From positions 42,098,001-42,162,000 of the forward strand of contig OZ024748.1 of NCBI GenBank assembly GCA_964016885.1: 64,000 nt of DNA, read 5' to 3'. A program made the translations under genes and the position numbers. Below, one piece after another: positions 26,530 to 43,330 of the stretch (positions are counted from its first letter, which is position 1; each line of letters opens with the position of its first letter). Source of the DNA: Eledone cirrhosa. Its lineage: Eukaryota. A model generated the notes under the pieces. The model did no database searches and was not told the DNA's origin. It saw nothing but the letters and a program-made list of their open reading frames with translations.

Positions 26530-29500
26530 AGAAATAGATGACCAAGGTTGAACAATACATTAATTTTTCTCCAAAGGATGTTTTCAATACCTTTGTAGAG
26601 AAATCATCAGTCAATTATATACAACATAGAAAAACATAAAATGTATTTATTGAGCATGTGCGTATGTTAACATCATTGAAGTGTCAAAAATGTAAACAAG
26701 ATTTTTCCTTTATATATATATATATATATATATATAATCATCATCGTTTAATGTCCATTTTCCACACACACACATACTTTACACACACATACTTTACACA
26801 CATGCATATGTACTTTACAGACACACACATATACTTCACACACGCACATATATATACTTTACACACATACAATGAAAAAGAATAGATAAAACAAACTGAA
26901 GTTATTCGTTTAATGGAGGGAAAATTAATTATGGAATTTTAAGCTCGACTCCTCTTGATAAAAATTGGGAAAATATTAGAGGAAAGAATGGAAAGATAAG
27001 GAAACGGAGAAACATGTTGGGGAAAAATCCCTAAACCACTGCGTAACCTTAGAAGTTTACATAGTGGTCAACCGAGGAGAGAGAGAGAGTTCAAGGAAAC
27101 AACAAACAGAGGTACACAAAGTCTTAGTTTCACGCTTTATATGGAAAAGGCGAAAGAAAGTTTCACACGTCAGTCTTTAGTCCTTCTTCAGAGACAAGAT
27201 CACTGAGGATAGATACAGAAAATAAAAGATAGTCCAAGTCATTCTCTAGTATATCCTCAACCTGTGGCCACAGTAGAAGCCATTTGTCCAAAGTTCTATA
27301 GAGTGGGATTGAACCTAAAACCATGTGGTTACAAAGCAAATTTGTTGACCAATCAGAGAAAGGAAAAAGAAAGGAAGGAAATAGAACAAGATGTTACATA
27401 CCATGGATATCTTTAGTTGAGATTTCAGATGCATAAGGGAAAAGTGCAAATAGGATTTTGTGACATTCATTCATTTTCCTAATTTATTATTGTTAAAGTC
27501 AGTTGACTAAAAGATTTATTGCTGCATTATAATGATTGTCACAATTGAAAGATAGCTGGTCATTAGGTTGGACCAAAGAAACAATGTTTCCATTGGTCTG
27601 ACCATTGCTGATACTATAAGTTGGTCACAATTCCTGGCAGGAAGAGGCAGGATTTGAACTCAGAACACACACAGATCAGATTCTACAAACTATCCTGTTT
27701 GACACTAACAAATCTGTCATGGCAAAAGTTTGTTGTTACAGCTCACACTTTGTCCAACAAGGTTTTAACTGACCTTCAACGAGGTTGTATCATATTGAAG
27801 GTTTCTTGTGTGTTTTAATGAAAGGGGCCTCAGTTCTATTATTTCAACATTTTTCCAGTGACATTTCAACTTAGAATGCACACACCTGGATCAAATACAG
27901 CAAGGTACCCCATCTGGTACCCTAATCTATTCCACCCCCCCACCACACCAAGAAAAGATACACCAATGTACCGCATCTCACCATGAAATAGAATTCTACT
28001 GACCCCGAAACGATGAAAGGCAAAGTTGACCATGGCTCAACCTGAGCCGAGAATGTAGAGTTGAAACAAGCACCACAAGGTATTCAACCTGACACTAACG
28101 ACTGGCAATCTATTACCTTCATAGTTATATGTTTAGCTATAAAGAATAATATCCAATTGCAGTTGTCTGACTAAGCAGGCTTGAGCTAGTTAGGACCTTG
28201 CCTACTAACAAACATCAGGTATTGTAAATTACTGACCTTGCAATGTAAATTAATTTTATAAAATTATTTCATAATTTCTAGAAATTACTTCCCCTTTCCC
28301 TTGAGAGTTGCTAACAATTATCATTAGGTTTTGTTTTTCTCCAACTAAGGATATTTGGGGGTATAAATCACCCCTTAACTTATAATCATGCTATTGGCTC
28401 ACTTCAGTTATTGTCCTTGGTTCATTTTTTTATAAAATTATTTATTCAGTAAAAGAGCAATTGTTCAAGCAAGCCTCCCCATGGTCACTCAACGTGCTAA
28501 AAATAGCATCCAAATTTCACTCAAATTACATCCTACCATCTTCAAAAGGAAGGGACACATTGGATAATGTAGTCCTGTATATGTAATTTACCTAGCGAAG
28601 GACGGTGGAGTGATGATTGGAACGCTTTTTGATCCTAAGTCTGCTGAGTCAGGACTGACCTGGGGCTAAACAACACCTGCTATTTCCACCTATGAGAAAT
28701 GAATATTGAAGAAGAAAAAACATCCAATATTGAACATAGTAGCTTATATCTTTAGATTGACATCTTTAAATAATAGAAAAGGTTCATATAGAAACATAAA
28801 ATGGTACTAAAACATCCTCTTGTTCATAAATGGAAAAAACTATTTTGTTTTGCTGTCTCTAACCAAGAGTATCTAGTTTAACTCTTTCATGACTTAATTT
28901 CTAATGAAATACACTATTTTAATTAATTAATTAATTAATTAATAAATGAAGAATTTTGAGGAATTTACTAAAATAATTATTTCATTACAAAAATATTAAC
29001 TTAAAGTAAGGTTCTTATATAAAATTATGCTGGAAGATTTTAATTTAAATTGGAAACTTAAAATGCGTTTCATTTCATAGAACCAGAGCTGGTTTTGGCT
29101 GGGTTTGTAACTAAAGGGTTAGACAAGCTACATTGTATCCTTGCATGATGTGAGTAAAAGACTAAAATAGTTGGTGTCAGGAAAGGAACCTGGATATAAT
29201 ACACTGCCTCAAAAAATCCCACGCAACCCATGCCAGCATGGAAAAAATGTAATTCTTGCTAGGACGGAAAGGAGACATTAAACAAAGATGTTTAGTAAGG
29301 GAGAGATCAGTGCTCCTTACTTTTTTTTCAGGGACCTCCAACACAGGTGGGAAGAAGATATATATAGATATATATATATATAGATATATATATATATAGA
29401 TATATATATATATATATATATATATACTAGGCACCTTTTAACCACTATACTCCTTCCATACACCTCCCACACCACCCTGACACTAGAGTGGTCGTGTAGT

Positions 29501-30305
29501 TGTTACGATATAAAGCACCCAGCACACACTGTAAATATGGTTGGCATTAGGAAGGGCATCCAGCTGTAGAAACCAAACCAGAAACAGTTCAGTATGAGCA
29601 AGACACGGTCACCTGACCCAAATTGCCTCAGACGAGAGAACCCGTCTAACCCATGCTAACGTGGAAAATGGACATTAAACATGATGATGATGATGATGAT
29701 ATATATATATATTTTATTTTATTTCATCATCCCCTGAAAAGATGAAAGGTAAAGCTGACCTCAAGACTGCAGAGAACCAGAATAATCAGCACAACATTTT
29801 CTCCCAAAGTAACAATTGTCAATTCATTGCTCCAATGTAACCAAAGTCTAACTCATGCCAGCATGAAGAAAATGGATGTAAAAATAATGTACTTTTACAT
29901 CAATAAATACATGTTTTTTGGGCCAATGCAGACTATCAAGATTTGACTGGATTTTGCTTTTATTAATTGTAACAATTTTATACATCGTAGATAAACAGAA
30001 AACTGATTATTATAAAGCTATTAAATTACTTTCACAGACTCACACATACATACAGACATACACAGACAGACACTAAAGCATTATATAAGCTGCTCACCAC
30101 TGTTAAAACACCTGGTCTCATTTCAAACATCTTTTAACTAAAGATAGAAATTCAGCACCGAGTAAATTTCTAGCATTTAGAATTTAAAATATACATGTTT
30201 TAAGTCTTTTGTGTGAGAGAGAGAAGCTCATCACATCCCATATAATATTTGGCTGTGAAGATGCCAAGAAACATATCTGTGGATGTCAACACGTGAAGAA
30301 ATATA

Positions 30306-30407
30306 CAGGGTGTCGTCCCAAAATGTACACACACTTTGATAACCTTGTACAGGCAATATTTATTGGAAGGCACAACCTTTGCGTATACATTTTTTTGAAA
30401 CACCCTG
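30306..30407. mobile_element. Tc1/mariner-type MITE
   Basis: TA|CAGGGTGT ... ACACCCTG|TA termini with TA target duplication. Confidence 0.65.
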
Positions 30408-31421
30408 TATTTACAAACAGAGAAATAAATGTTATATAAATAGTAGTCTAGATTTGTAGATTAAATTACTCCAAGGTCATAATAAACATATGGCATGTAT
30501 TAAATAGAAGCCAGATCTGTGTTTTATTCTTCTACAGGTTTTAGTCATTGGACTGTGGCCATGCTACAGCATTGCCTTCAAGGGTTTAGTCAATCATATC
30601 AACACCTAGATCTGTTTGTTGTTGACTTGTTAAGTTGTAGTATATTAACCCTTTACTCTATATATACTATTGTATTTTTGTGGTAAAGGCTTTACCTCAC
30701 ATATTGAATCTATGAGATTGATATTTATTTTAAGAACAAAAGCTCATGGATGTTATCCAACCATCTTGCTTAGGGTCTACTCCTGAGTCTCCTTGCCTGT
30801 TGGTTTTGCCCATAAAATCTGGGCAGAGATTCTTTCCTGAGACATTCTAACCACATGCCCATATTATTGGAGCTGAGATCTGTCAATTCGGAGTAGTAGC
30901 AGCTCTACCTGGAGTGACTGATTTCCGAGCTACGCACTCTATTGAGTAACATTACTCCAAAGACCCTTTTGGACGAATCCCATTTTGGACACTTGCATTT
31001 GCGATCATATTCTTTCGCTCATTACGCAAGGTTCATGACATTAAGAAGTTTGTATCGTTTCATTCTAAATATGAGGTTAAATATTTTTGAGTGGCTAGAG
31101 AACTGGACAATAAATAGCCAAAGATTTACATGTCACATCAACAATTCAAGTACCTTCACCATGGATATGGTGAAACTACTATTTCAAACAGTTTCAAGTC
31201 CTATTTGGAAATTAAACACCACAAACTACAAACAACTCAATTGCTCCAAGTAAATTTGAGTTGTGATTCATTTAGCTTACAAGTTAAGTCCAACACTTCC
31301 TGTGAGTAGAAAGAACTTGGAGAGGGATGGGCCCTGTCAAGCTGGCTGGTTGAAGATACACTGAAGTAGTAGTGCACCTAAAACCCAGTCTGTTTAAGGA
31401 CTTGCCACACACACAGGGCAG

Positions 31422-31422
31422 G

Positions 31423-31515
<93 letters not shown>

Positions 31516-31523
31516 GTGTGTGT

Positions 31524-31572
<49 letters not shown>

Positions 31573-31578
31573 GAGAGA
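31422..31578. repeat. (GT)n-(GA)n microsatellite
   Basis: Direct reading. Confidence 0.95.
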
Positions 31579-31799
31579 TGGAAAAAAAGGTTAATTAAAA
31601 TCAAGTGAAACTTCGTAATGTGCCGTGTAATTATAGTTTGAATGTGAGAAGGCATAAAATAAATTTGTTAAAATGTTCAAAGTTAGTGATTTTAATTTAA
31701 TAGAGGGTCAGGAGTGTTTGGCAATGAGTTGGCAACAGAGGAAGATATTGCTAAGATTGAACAAAGAATTTACTCAGAACTTGAATTCATCTTCCATTT

Positions 31800-32360
31800 G
31801 TTAACATATGATTTCAAAAACCACCGAGGTTAGCGTTGTCTTTCATCCTTACTGGGGTCAATAAATAAAGTACCAGTAATGCACTGGGTTTGATTTAATT
31901 CACTTTCTCTTATCACAAAAATTGTTGACCTTGTGCCTAAATCAGAAACCATTATGTGGTGAATTGGCAGTATCGGTAGAGGGTTGGACGCCATGCTTTC
32001 TAGCAGAGTTACGTCCCTTTACGGTCCGAGTTCAAATCCCGTCGAGGTTAACTTTACCTTTCATCCTTACGGGATCGATAAAATAAAATACCAGTAATGT
32101 ACTGAGTAATTGCTGGCCTTGTGCCAAAAGTAGAAACAATTATTATTCCTTAAAGAAGGGCAGTGGATGGGTAGTATCGGTAGAGCGACGCATAACATGC
32201 TTTGTGGCATAAAACAAAGTACCAGTAATGCACAGGAGTCAATTTAATTGACTTCCCTCACTCCTCGAAAAATTGTAGACCTTGTGCCTAAAGTAGAAAC
32301 AATTATTTGTTTACATATTTCAAATCCTGCCGAGGTTAGCTTTGCCTTTCATCCTTACAG
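31800..32360 (+). mobile_element. Cluster of tandem family A SINE copies and fragments
   Basis: Repeated gaggttagc/ctttcatccttac/aaagtaccagtaatgcactg/ccttgtgcctaaa blocks; one full copy at about 31957-32140. Confidence 0.8.
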
Positions 32361-35098
32361 ATGTCTTCTCTTGTGAAAATGGGTATAGCTTTCATTATGT
32401 AAAATCTCCCTATTTGGGGGCACCTTTTTCAATATACTGGGTTTTTAGAGGTTGGCAGGTCTGTAAAATTGTAGTGTTCTATGCTGGGGTTCAAATTGAA
32501 AATACCAAGAATTAACAGAAAAAAAATTTCTTTTTTCAGCCTGTGGCTTTGTTGGGGGGGGGGGGGGGGATTCTGCTGTTAATGAGGTTCCTGTCATTGT
32601 TGGTGGCTGATCTCACCCAGGTATTAAGTAATGCCCGCAAGGGTACTTCGCTATTTTAGCATCTTAGCCTCGCTATCACCTATGGCAACACTGCGAGTGT
32701 GTTAGCTTGCCTAAATAAATTATTAGCAGGAAGCTCCAGCGCTCTTTGTGGTGTGTGATTGAATAAAGCAGGGAAAAAGCGGACGTAAAATGAAATGAAA
32801 TGAAGTAGTCACTTTCGTTATAACTTTTATCACCCCACCCTTTTTTTACTACTATGTGCGTGTGCGTGTGTTCCCGAAAAATGTATACACACTTCAACAG
32901 CATTCTAATCCAAGTGTGTATACATTTTTGGAGGTCACCCTTATGATTGTATCATATTTACAATAGGGTAAATAGTTATCCTGAAAAGGCGGTGAATTGG
33001 AGGAGTCGTTACAATGTCAATTCTTTGCAGTATTCATTCTGGCTCTAAATTCAAATCCTACCGAGGTCAACTTAGCCTTACATTCATTCGAGGTTGATAA
33101 TAAAAGTACTAAGGTCAGTAGAGGGATCGATTCTTCCTCTCTTCTCTGGAAGAAACCAACTGTATTCAGACATGGAGAGAGAGTGGGGAGGGGGGATGTA
33201 GTGCGAGGGGGAGGAGAGGGGATGGAGGGAGGGAGAGAGAAGGGGAGATGGAGGGAGAGATGGAGTGAGAGAGAGAAAGAGGCGGGGAGATGGAGAGAGA
33301 GAAAGAGGCGGGGAGATGGAGTGAGAGAAAGGAGCTCCACTAAATTTTAAAAGTACCCAAGACATGTCAGTACGGCGCCCATACGACTCCACAAACAGTT
33401 ATAAGTCCAAACACACGCTCGTTATCAGAAGTGTAAGCAAAATAAACTACATAAACAGCTAAATATAATTTTGTTCTACATCATGTACTGACAATTTCAA
33501 AACAGTATTTGTTTGCCTACCGACAACATATTAAATTTAGTTGGTAGACAACATCAAACTCATGACATGGCATATTATATATATATAGAAAATATAAATA
33601 ATATAAATCAACTCTTTCAATCCATCCTGTTTATTCGTCATTCATAATTCTAAAGCCATGATGAAGCACCGGTCGATCCCATTCATGCTGTTCTTCTTAA
33701 TAATCAATCAATCTATCTTTATTTCTCACCCCCCCCCCCCCCCTCCTCTCGCCACATTCTATAATACAATATATATATATATATATATATATTGTTTAAT
33801 ACGTAAATTAATCATATTGTCTGACAAAAGTACAGGTTAACCAAAGTGCTACAGATAATCACTATTAGAACCTAAAGTCAGCTCGACTAATATAAAATTT
33901 AAGAAATTTCATTAGAAGCAGTAACATAAAAATTGATGAGTAATATATATATATCTTTTACTCTTTTACCTGTTTCAGCCATCCGGCTGAGGCCATGCTG
34001 GGGCACCGCACTTGTATATATATATAAAACAAACTGTATATCTATAAACCACAACAGAAAAACAAACCCTCCATCTCAATCTTACTTTTGAAAATCATAA
34101 CTGCGAAACCGGTAAAGTAAATAAATATTCTTAAAAGACTCCAGTTGCATTTTCAATTTCTTTTCCTTTATATATATATATAAATTTGAGCATGTGTTGG
34201 TTGTTCACCGACACTTCAGTATGCAGGTTAGGGCACTCAAATGATTTAATTTGCCAAATAATTGTTTCTACTTTTGGCATAAGGCCAGCAATTCCCCAAA
34301 TAATTGTTTCTACGTTAGACACAAGGCCAGCAATTACCGAGTGTATTACTGGTACTTTAGCAATTCCCCAAATAATTGTTTCTACTTTAGGCACAAGGCC
34401 AGCAATAAACCAGTGCATTACTGGTACCCAAATAATAAACCCCAAACAGTTCAAATTTATCAAAAAAAAAAAAAAAAAAAATGAAACGGTAAAATTGGAA
34501 CTGGTTTTACAAATTGGCCAACTGATGTTAAGGAAAGATGAAGCAGGGTTTACTACTATAGAAAAAAGGCGAGCTATACGATAAAATAGGGCTAACAAAT
34601 GGAAATCAATCTTATGAAAGGAAGAGGGAACAAGCAGCTCAATGAAACACGGATAAGGCCATTGACAAAAATAGAAAACACTGAACCAGTAAAGCAGGTT
34701 GAAATTGTAGTAGTAGTAGAAATTGTAGTAGTGGTAGTAGTAATTGTGGTAGTTGTAGTAGTAGTAATTCATGAAATATATTTATTTCTTAACATTTAAT
34801 ATGTATATATTATACACTATTATATAAATATGTAGGCACCTATATAATTGTTTCTACTTTTGGCACAAGGCCAGCAATTATCTCAGTGCATTACTGGTAC
34901 TTTATTTTATCGACCCCGTAAGGATGAAAGGCAAAGTTAACCTCGGCGGGTACACATATCTTCTCCCCATGTACTATGTATATATAGTGTGTGTATGTGT
35001 ATATATATATCTATGGTAAATAGTAAGAAATATATATATATATACAATTATATAAATATAAGTACCTATGTCATAACACACACACATATTGTCACCAA

Positions 35099-35137
<39 letters not shown>

Positions 35138-35253
35138 TAGTACACTATTATATAAATATTTCTTCTCGCCATTTACCACGCGCGCGCGTGTGCGTGTATA
35201 TATATATATATATATATATATATTTTTATGATGTCTACCTGTTATTATTCATT

Positions 35254-35298
<45 letters not shown>

Positions 35299-35854
35299 CA
35301 TGTATGTACACGCACACGCTATTATATAAATATATAAGTACATCTGATAAGTACCTATGTAATAAGTTATTACTAATAGCACTTGACAGCAATTTGGTGT
35401 AGTCAATTCATTACTACAACTATTGTTGTTGTTACTGTTGTCTTACACAACCACTATAAGAAGATTTATCAATGTAGCCAATACTACTATCGCTGTTGTT
35501 GTCTTATAAAAGCACTATAAGACGATTTATCCACATTTTTATACATTCCCTCACATCAATTCACTGAATGTAAATCCCAGTAAAACCTATTGATTAATTA
35601 TTGATTTTTCTTGTTTAACCTGTTTTCACCCTACTTCCGAAACGAAATATTACATTAGATGTGTGTGTGATATATATATATATATATGTGTGTATATATA
35701 TATATATGTGTATATATATATATGTGTGTATATTTATATATATATGTGTATATATATATTTATATATGTGTGTATATATATATTTATATATGTATGTATT
35801 ATATATATCTACACACACACATACATGTCAAATGTTATAACACACACACATACA

Positions 35855-35896
<42 letters not shown>

Positions 35897-35962
35897 CATA
35901 CATACATACATACATACATACACATGTCAAATGTTATAATACACACGCACACATGCATCTAA

Positions 35963-35995
<33 letters not shown>

Positions 35996-36304
35996 TATAC
36001 ACACACCAGAATAGCAATTAAAACATAAAACCCTCTCTTGTTTAATAAATACACTCGACTACATACAATTCACATTGTCTAGGAATATAACGAGAAAAAA
36101 AATCTTAGAATAATTTAAACAAAATATTAGAACATGCTGCCGTTGAATGTTTTAATGAAAAAAAAAAAAAGAAATCCCACGCATTTCTGGCAGACAGTAC
36201 GCAACATGCATTAATCAGGTGCACAAGATGCTTGCTATTTCTATGTTACTTCCTCCAGATAAGATATTCTAAACAACAGATATTCTTTATTATAATAGTA
36301 GTAA

Positions 36305-37345
36305 TAATGGTTTAGGCACAAGGCCAGCAATTTGAAGGGGGGGGGGGGGGGAAGGCGATTATAAATCAACCTCCCAGTGCATTACTGGTACTTTAATTAT
36401 CGACTCCGCAAGGACCCCGGAGGGATTATGATAGTAATAATAATAATAATGGTTTCTGATTTAGACACAAGGCCAGCAATTTTGGAGGGAGGGGGAATCG
36501 ATTAAATCGACCCAGTGCATTACTGGTACTTTATTTTATCGACCCCGTAAGGATCGATAAAATAAGGTACCAGTAACGCACTGAGGTCGATTTAATAATA
36601 ATTTCTTTATTGGACTCAAGGGCCTATATATAGGGGACAATACAATAGACGGAGAGTGATGGTGGTGGGGGGCTGCAGAAAAATCGAGTAAACAATTTAA
36701 AAACAATAACAACAAACAATAATATTTAGCTGACAATTATATTAGCAAAGTAATCATCAGCTAAACAGTAGTACAGTTAATGTGATGGTGGTGGTGGTAG
36801 TAGATGATAGTAAAGGTGATATGTGGTGGTGGTATGTGATTGTGGTGATGGTGGTGGTAGAGATGGCAAATAGTGGTTGTGGTGGTAGTAGAGGTGACAT
36901 GTGGTGATGATGGTAGAGGTGGGTGTAGTGGCGTGTAGGGGCGGTGGAAGCAGTCAAGTACTTCACAAGACAATTATAATATATAATCGCCAGCCTCATC
37001 ATATTATCAAATCCCGCCGAGGTTAGCTTCCCCTTTCATCCTTTAGGGGTCGATAAATTATAAAATAAAGTACCAGTAATACACCGAGAGTCGATATAAT
37101 AGATTTCCCCTCCCCCCAAATTGCTACCCTTGTACCTAAATCAGAAACCATTATTATTAGTCCCCTACATGTCGGCCCTTGTGGCTAATAAATGAAGTCA
37201 TTATTATCATCAAATCCCAAAGAGGTTAGCTTTACCTTTCAGACTTACAGGCTCGTTGCAATAAAGTACCAGTAATGCACTTGAGTCGATTTAATCGACT
37301 CCACCTCCCCCAAAACTGCTGGCCTTGTGCCTAAGTCAGAAATCA
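36305..37345. mobile_element. Cluster of family A SINE fragments in both orientations
   Basis: Minus-strand fragments at 36305-36560 and plus-strand fragments at 37008-37345, separated by (GGT)n-rich sequence. Confidence 0.7.
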
Positions 37346-37907
37346 TATCAATAAATAAATATCTTTATTCGTTTGTATTGTAAACCCCCCCCCTCCACAC
37401 AGTCTGTCTGGTCCTCTATATGTAGGCCCTTCTGGCCAATAAAGAATTATTAATAATATTACTACTACTATTATTATTCAGTGTAAACATTTAGTAGGCT
37501 TTTCAAACGTCAACAACATAATTTTCAGGCCAACAGTGTCGCAGAAATATTACAAAATCGATAAACACGAGAGTATCTAATAATCGAACTCTATTGATCA
37601 TAATATAATCTATACATTTGGTTTTCAATATTACACAAGTACAGAAAAAACAAACAAAAAAACTGTAGGTCCGATCAATGATAGATATTTTTATATTTGT
37701 GTAAGACAGAATCGATTTTGAAGTGAAATTACTTGATACTAGAGCTAGACAGAATAAATTAATGTTGGTGTTGAAGTCGTTTTTAACTGTGATATTAAAA
37801 TAATAAATTACATTATTAAATCTAATAATTTAAAACCTCGAACCTGTATCTGGGTTTTTTTTGTTTTTTTTGGTTAAATAGAAACCAATAAATACCCCCG
37901 AAATTTC

Positions 37908-37949
<42 letters not shown>

Positions 37950-38590
37950 TAGAACAAGACAATAAGCCACCCGCGACCCCCCCCCCCCTCTCACAACAAC
38001 AACTATAATAATATATAATTAAATGTTTTGACCTTGACATTAAACAATCGTTGATTACCGGTGATTCTTTTAGTGCATCATACACCAGTAGATCAACCAT
38101 CGACTGCCTAATCGATATCATATCACCATATATACACACATACATTTATATATAGTCTAGCTGCATTGAATAAGAGGAACAATAAGCAGGGTTTTTGAAG
38201 AGAGAGAAAATAAGAAGCATTTATACCTGCTTTCAGACAAACTCTGGTAGTCTGGGAATAATTACATATTAAATAGAAGACTACTAAAGCAACAAACAGT
38301 TGCAGACAAAAAGAACAATAAATAAAATCACATTAAAAAAAGCCTTAAGCACTAATTCAAGTTAAATGTAAAACAAATGACAATATTTGTTATATAATCA
38401 ATTAAGTGGCCTTATTTAAATGTTTACACACATATATATACACATATATATATATATATATATATATATGGTTATTTTCAAAACAAATCGACATTGTCTG
38501 AGCTGTTTTGTCATCACAACAATCATATTCATATATATATATATAAATATATAATTGATTGTCCGTTTGCCCTGCTAAAAAGGGTTGGAC

Positions 38591-38625
<35 letters not shown>

Positions 38626-39372
38626 GTGCAAAACAAATCGATAAAGATATCAGAACACACACACACACACACACATGTATATATATATATGTATATAAAC
38701 AATGGTTTAGAACAGGTGTCAATTGACAATACAACTACACTGTTGTCTGTAGTTGAGATGAGACTATACACACATACCCTCCATCCACCCTTTATTATAT
38801 TTGAACTAACCATGTTAAAGTAGTTCCAACGAAATAACTACTGCTAGTCTTTATATAGCAAAGGGTTGAAGATTTATTTGGACGTGTCAGTTAGGGGGGG
38901 GGGGCTGAAAATAATCGGGACAAGGAAAATAATTATATATATAATTTAATTAAAAAATATAATATATAATTCCGTTTTAAAAACTCAAATCAAACTAGTA
39001 TTGAAATGTAGACTGAGAAAGACGGTATGTAAACAGAAAATAGTAAATATTTAGGTGGTGTGTTAAAAGCAATGAGTCAAATAAAACGCGTAATTGAACT
39101 ACTAGCTACCAGCAAGAAGCACATGCTAATTTAATAATTAGACACACAACATATATAGAACAGTTTAATGAATATATTATTTAAACAAATACTAAATATA
39201 TATATATAAACTAAACAATAAACATTAAAATAATTTGTATATATATATAATTATATAGTATAGGAGATAAAGTTATATATACACAGTAGTGACCGAGACT
39301 GCGTAAATGTGTATATATAAATTAAAACATTTCTTTAATATGTAAACATGCAAACTATTCGTATGACCATGT

Positions 39373-39406
<34 letters not shown>

Positions 39407-39704
39407 TATATATATTTATTTATTTAATTATTTGAAAAGATTTACTAAATAAAAAATCAAGATAGATTCCGTTTTAAATTAATAAATACACAATATTCAC
39501 ACAAATACACATATTATAAATATATATATATATATTATATATAGGAATTATTTAATAAGAGGATGTTGTAGTGAGAGTTTTCTGGATATAAATGAGGTTA
39601 TTAGGTGGTAATAATAATAATAATATATATATATATATAAATAAAATGATCCCTTTAGAAGACAACAAAGCTGGTTTGAAAATAATAAAAAATTCGAGGC
39701 TTAC

Positions 39705-39788
39705 CGAGTAACTTCCGTTCGTATGGCTGCCGTTACAAGTTCGACACATGGGAACTGAGGAATCTTGAAAAAACATACTAAGTGCTGC
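39705..39788 (-). CDS. UBALD: UBA-like domain-containing protein (UBALD1/2, FAM100), coding exon 2
   Basis: tttcag|AALSMFFQDSSVPMCRTCNGSHTNGSYS|gtaag, 84 nt, phase 0/0; continues the family motif WQFE-(T/A)ALSxFFQ. Confidence 0.88.
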
Positions 39789-40021
39789 CTGAAATTAGAG
39801 GTTTTAGAATTAAATATTAATTAGATTAATTAATAGACATAATAGTATTAATAAACAATATTTAATTAGAGATATAGAGCAGGAATTAAAGCCGATATTA
39901 GCAGAGAGAGGAGGATGGGTAACGGTCATAAGATAAACAATTTATGCCATGTTTTTTTTTCTATATCTAGACAGAAGAATGTTGTTTTTATTTAGTCGAT
40001 GACATGGAGATAAATATATCA

Positions 40022-41135
<1,114 letters not shown>

Positions 41136-41223
41136 ATGGGCTCTCTTGTGAGTAGGAGAAACACAGGCTCGGATGTTGTGGATTATGCTAATAATAATGC
41201 TTATAGATACCCTCCCAAATCAG
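41136..41223 (+). CDS. MGRN1: Mahogunin/RNF157-like E3 ubiquitin ligase, exon 1
   Basis: MGSLVSRRNTGSDVVDYANNNAYRYPPKSG|gt; N-myristoylation-type MGxxxS start and the conserved AYRYPPKSG. Confidence 0.92.
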
Positions 41224-42404
41224 GTTTGTTATTTTTGACGATCTGCTTTAATTAAACCTTCTCTCTTAATTTACCAAAATTAATTCAACTTATATAATAT
41301 CTTCTTTATATGCTACTTATTTTCTATATTTTCTACTTTTCTTTCATCTTTTAATGCAGTCTTTATATAGGAGAGGAAGTGTTTGCTGAAGTTTTCATTT
41401 GGGGGAAGTTCCTCTTTCTGTGGACACTATTAAATATGTTTTATATATATCTCACATATCTTTAAATTTAGATTTATTTTATTCACCATAAACCTAAGCA
41501 GATACATGTTTTTTCTTATAAAAAATAAATGCAATAACATGTATGTTTTTATCTTCGACATCAAACCTAATCTTTGCTCATCGTATTCTGTGTTTTTTAC
41601 TTTCTTAATTTTTTTAAACAACTACTTAACTGAATGAAAATTTATTAACTCAATTAAAATTAATTAGTAAATGTGTTGGTCTAAATCAAGCGAATTTAGA
41701 AATTGTAAGCAAGACATGTGATCTGTAAAATAAAGTTGTGAGGCCAAAATATATCAGCTGAAATATTTGAATGAAATTGACAAGTGACATAATATTAGTC
41801 GTGTGAACTAAGCTGGTTGTTTCTTTATTATAAACACCACCAAATCTCACCTCTCTCGTAAGCGTTCATGATAATTTGATTATTATTATTAATAATATTA
41901 ATACTGTTACTAATAGAAATTGGCTGAGCACTGCACTAAACGCCATTAGAACCAAAAGTAAGAGGTTCCACCTGCTAGATATAGCAGCAGAAATTCTCTC
42001 AAATCACATCCTATCTTATCCCTTTCCCAGCTTAAAAAAGGGGGTAGGTCTTGATGCTAAGTATGTTGAAACAGGGGCTGATCTGGGAGTTAAAAAAAAC
42101 CCTTAAACTTCTTAAGGGTATTTAGACTCGTTGCTTTAGCTTTTCGTTAAAACAAGTACCAGACATGTGCCAGGGAAGTGATCAATCGATTTTATCGACA
42201 AATATAGCCTACTATACAATACAAGAAATCAATTTCACCATCGTCTATATATTTATATATTCTATAGGTTTTTTTCCTTTTCAGTTACTGAAACCAAAAG
42301 GATAATTTTCTTGGCATCTCGCCTGGAAATGTTAGACGAGAAGTAACTTCCCTTCCGAAAGAATCAAGAAATGTCGATTTTCTTTCTTTCTTTCTTTCTT
42401 TATT

Positions 42405-42440
<36 letters not shown>

Positions 42441-43079
42441 TCCTTCCCTAGAGATGATAAAAGCTCAGTTTTTCTCAAGTCTCCTTCGTGTTTTTATCAA
42501 AGAAAGCCATGGTGTACTTTAAAGTCGTTTCTTGTTCATTTCTTAGTGGAAATCGACACTAGAATTTAATGAATGAACTGACAATATACTTATAGTTGAT
42601 ACAACAGATTTACTGTAAACTCCTGCCGTGTTCGATATCTGATCATGTTCAGTTAATTAACGATAGTAATTTGATTTATTAAAACAACAACAACAACACT
42701 ATATAATGAATATGATTTATAAAATAGAAATTAATTTGAGTCAAAAAAACAAAAGGGAGTATGGGAGAAGACATGTTTACTCTGCAACAGAAGACAGTGT
42801 TTCTCTCTAATAATGTTTTTTGGTAAACCAAGACTCTCGCGGAATTCCGCCAGTGATGGAGAGGCTAACACTTTGGAACAGTCAAGCACTTTGACGAGCA
42901 TCACCTGACAACCTCCTCCCCCGAATGTCTCCATTGTAATTTCTTAAGGATCTCGGTGAAATAATCAATGGTTGTTCAAATAAATGTTAGGTAATAGATA
43001 AAATATTGTTTATTCAACAAACAAATGGTGTGTATTATTAGGTAACGTTTAAATTTACAAAAACAAACCAATAAAAAAG

Positions 43080-43330
43080 TGACATGACCTGCACCACTGT
43101 AACAGGGAAGACAGGGGATACCTTCTAAATGACACGACCTGTCCACTGTAACAGGGAAAGCAGGAGTTACCTTCTAAATGTGACATGACCTGTCCACTGT
43201 AACAGGGAAAGAGGGAGTTGCTTTCTAAAAGTGACAAGACCTGCTCCCTGTAACAGGGAAGACAGCAGTTACTTACTAAATGTGACATGAGCTGTCCACT
43301 GTAACAGGGAAGGCAGGAGTTACCTTCTAA
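43080..43330 (+). repeat. About 51-bp tandem repeat, 5 copies
   Basis: gacatgacctgtccactgtaacagggaa... at 43081, 43131, 43182, 43233 and 43284. Confidence 0.85.

Noticed and set aside
27150-27200. Further hammerhead-like words (minus strand CTGAAGA...GAAAC here; also about 50510, 53124, 56440)
   Set aside because: Stems could not be formed convincingly; too degenerate to call.
31237-31377. Minus-strand open frame after ttttag (VHYYFSVSSTSQLDR...) as possible UBALD last exon
   Set aside because: No similarity to the conserved TPANTPATPPNFPD C-terminus; likely chance.
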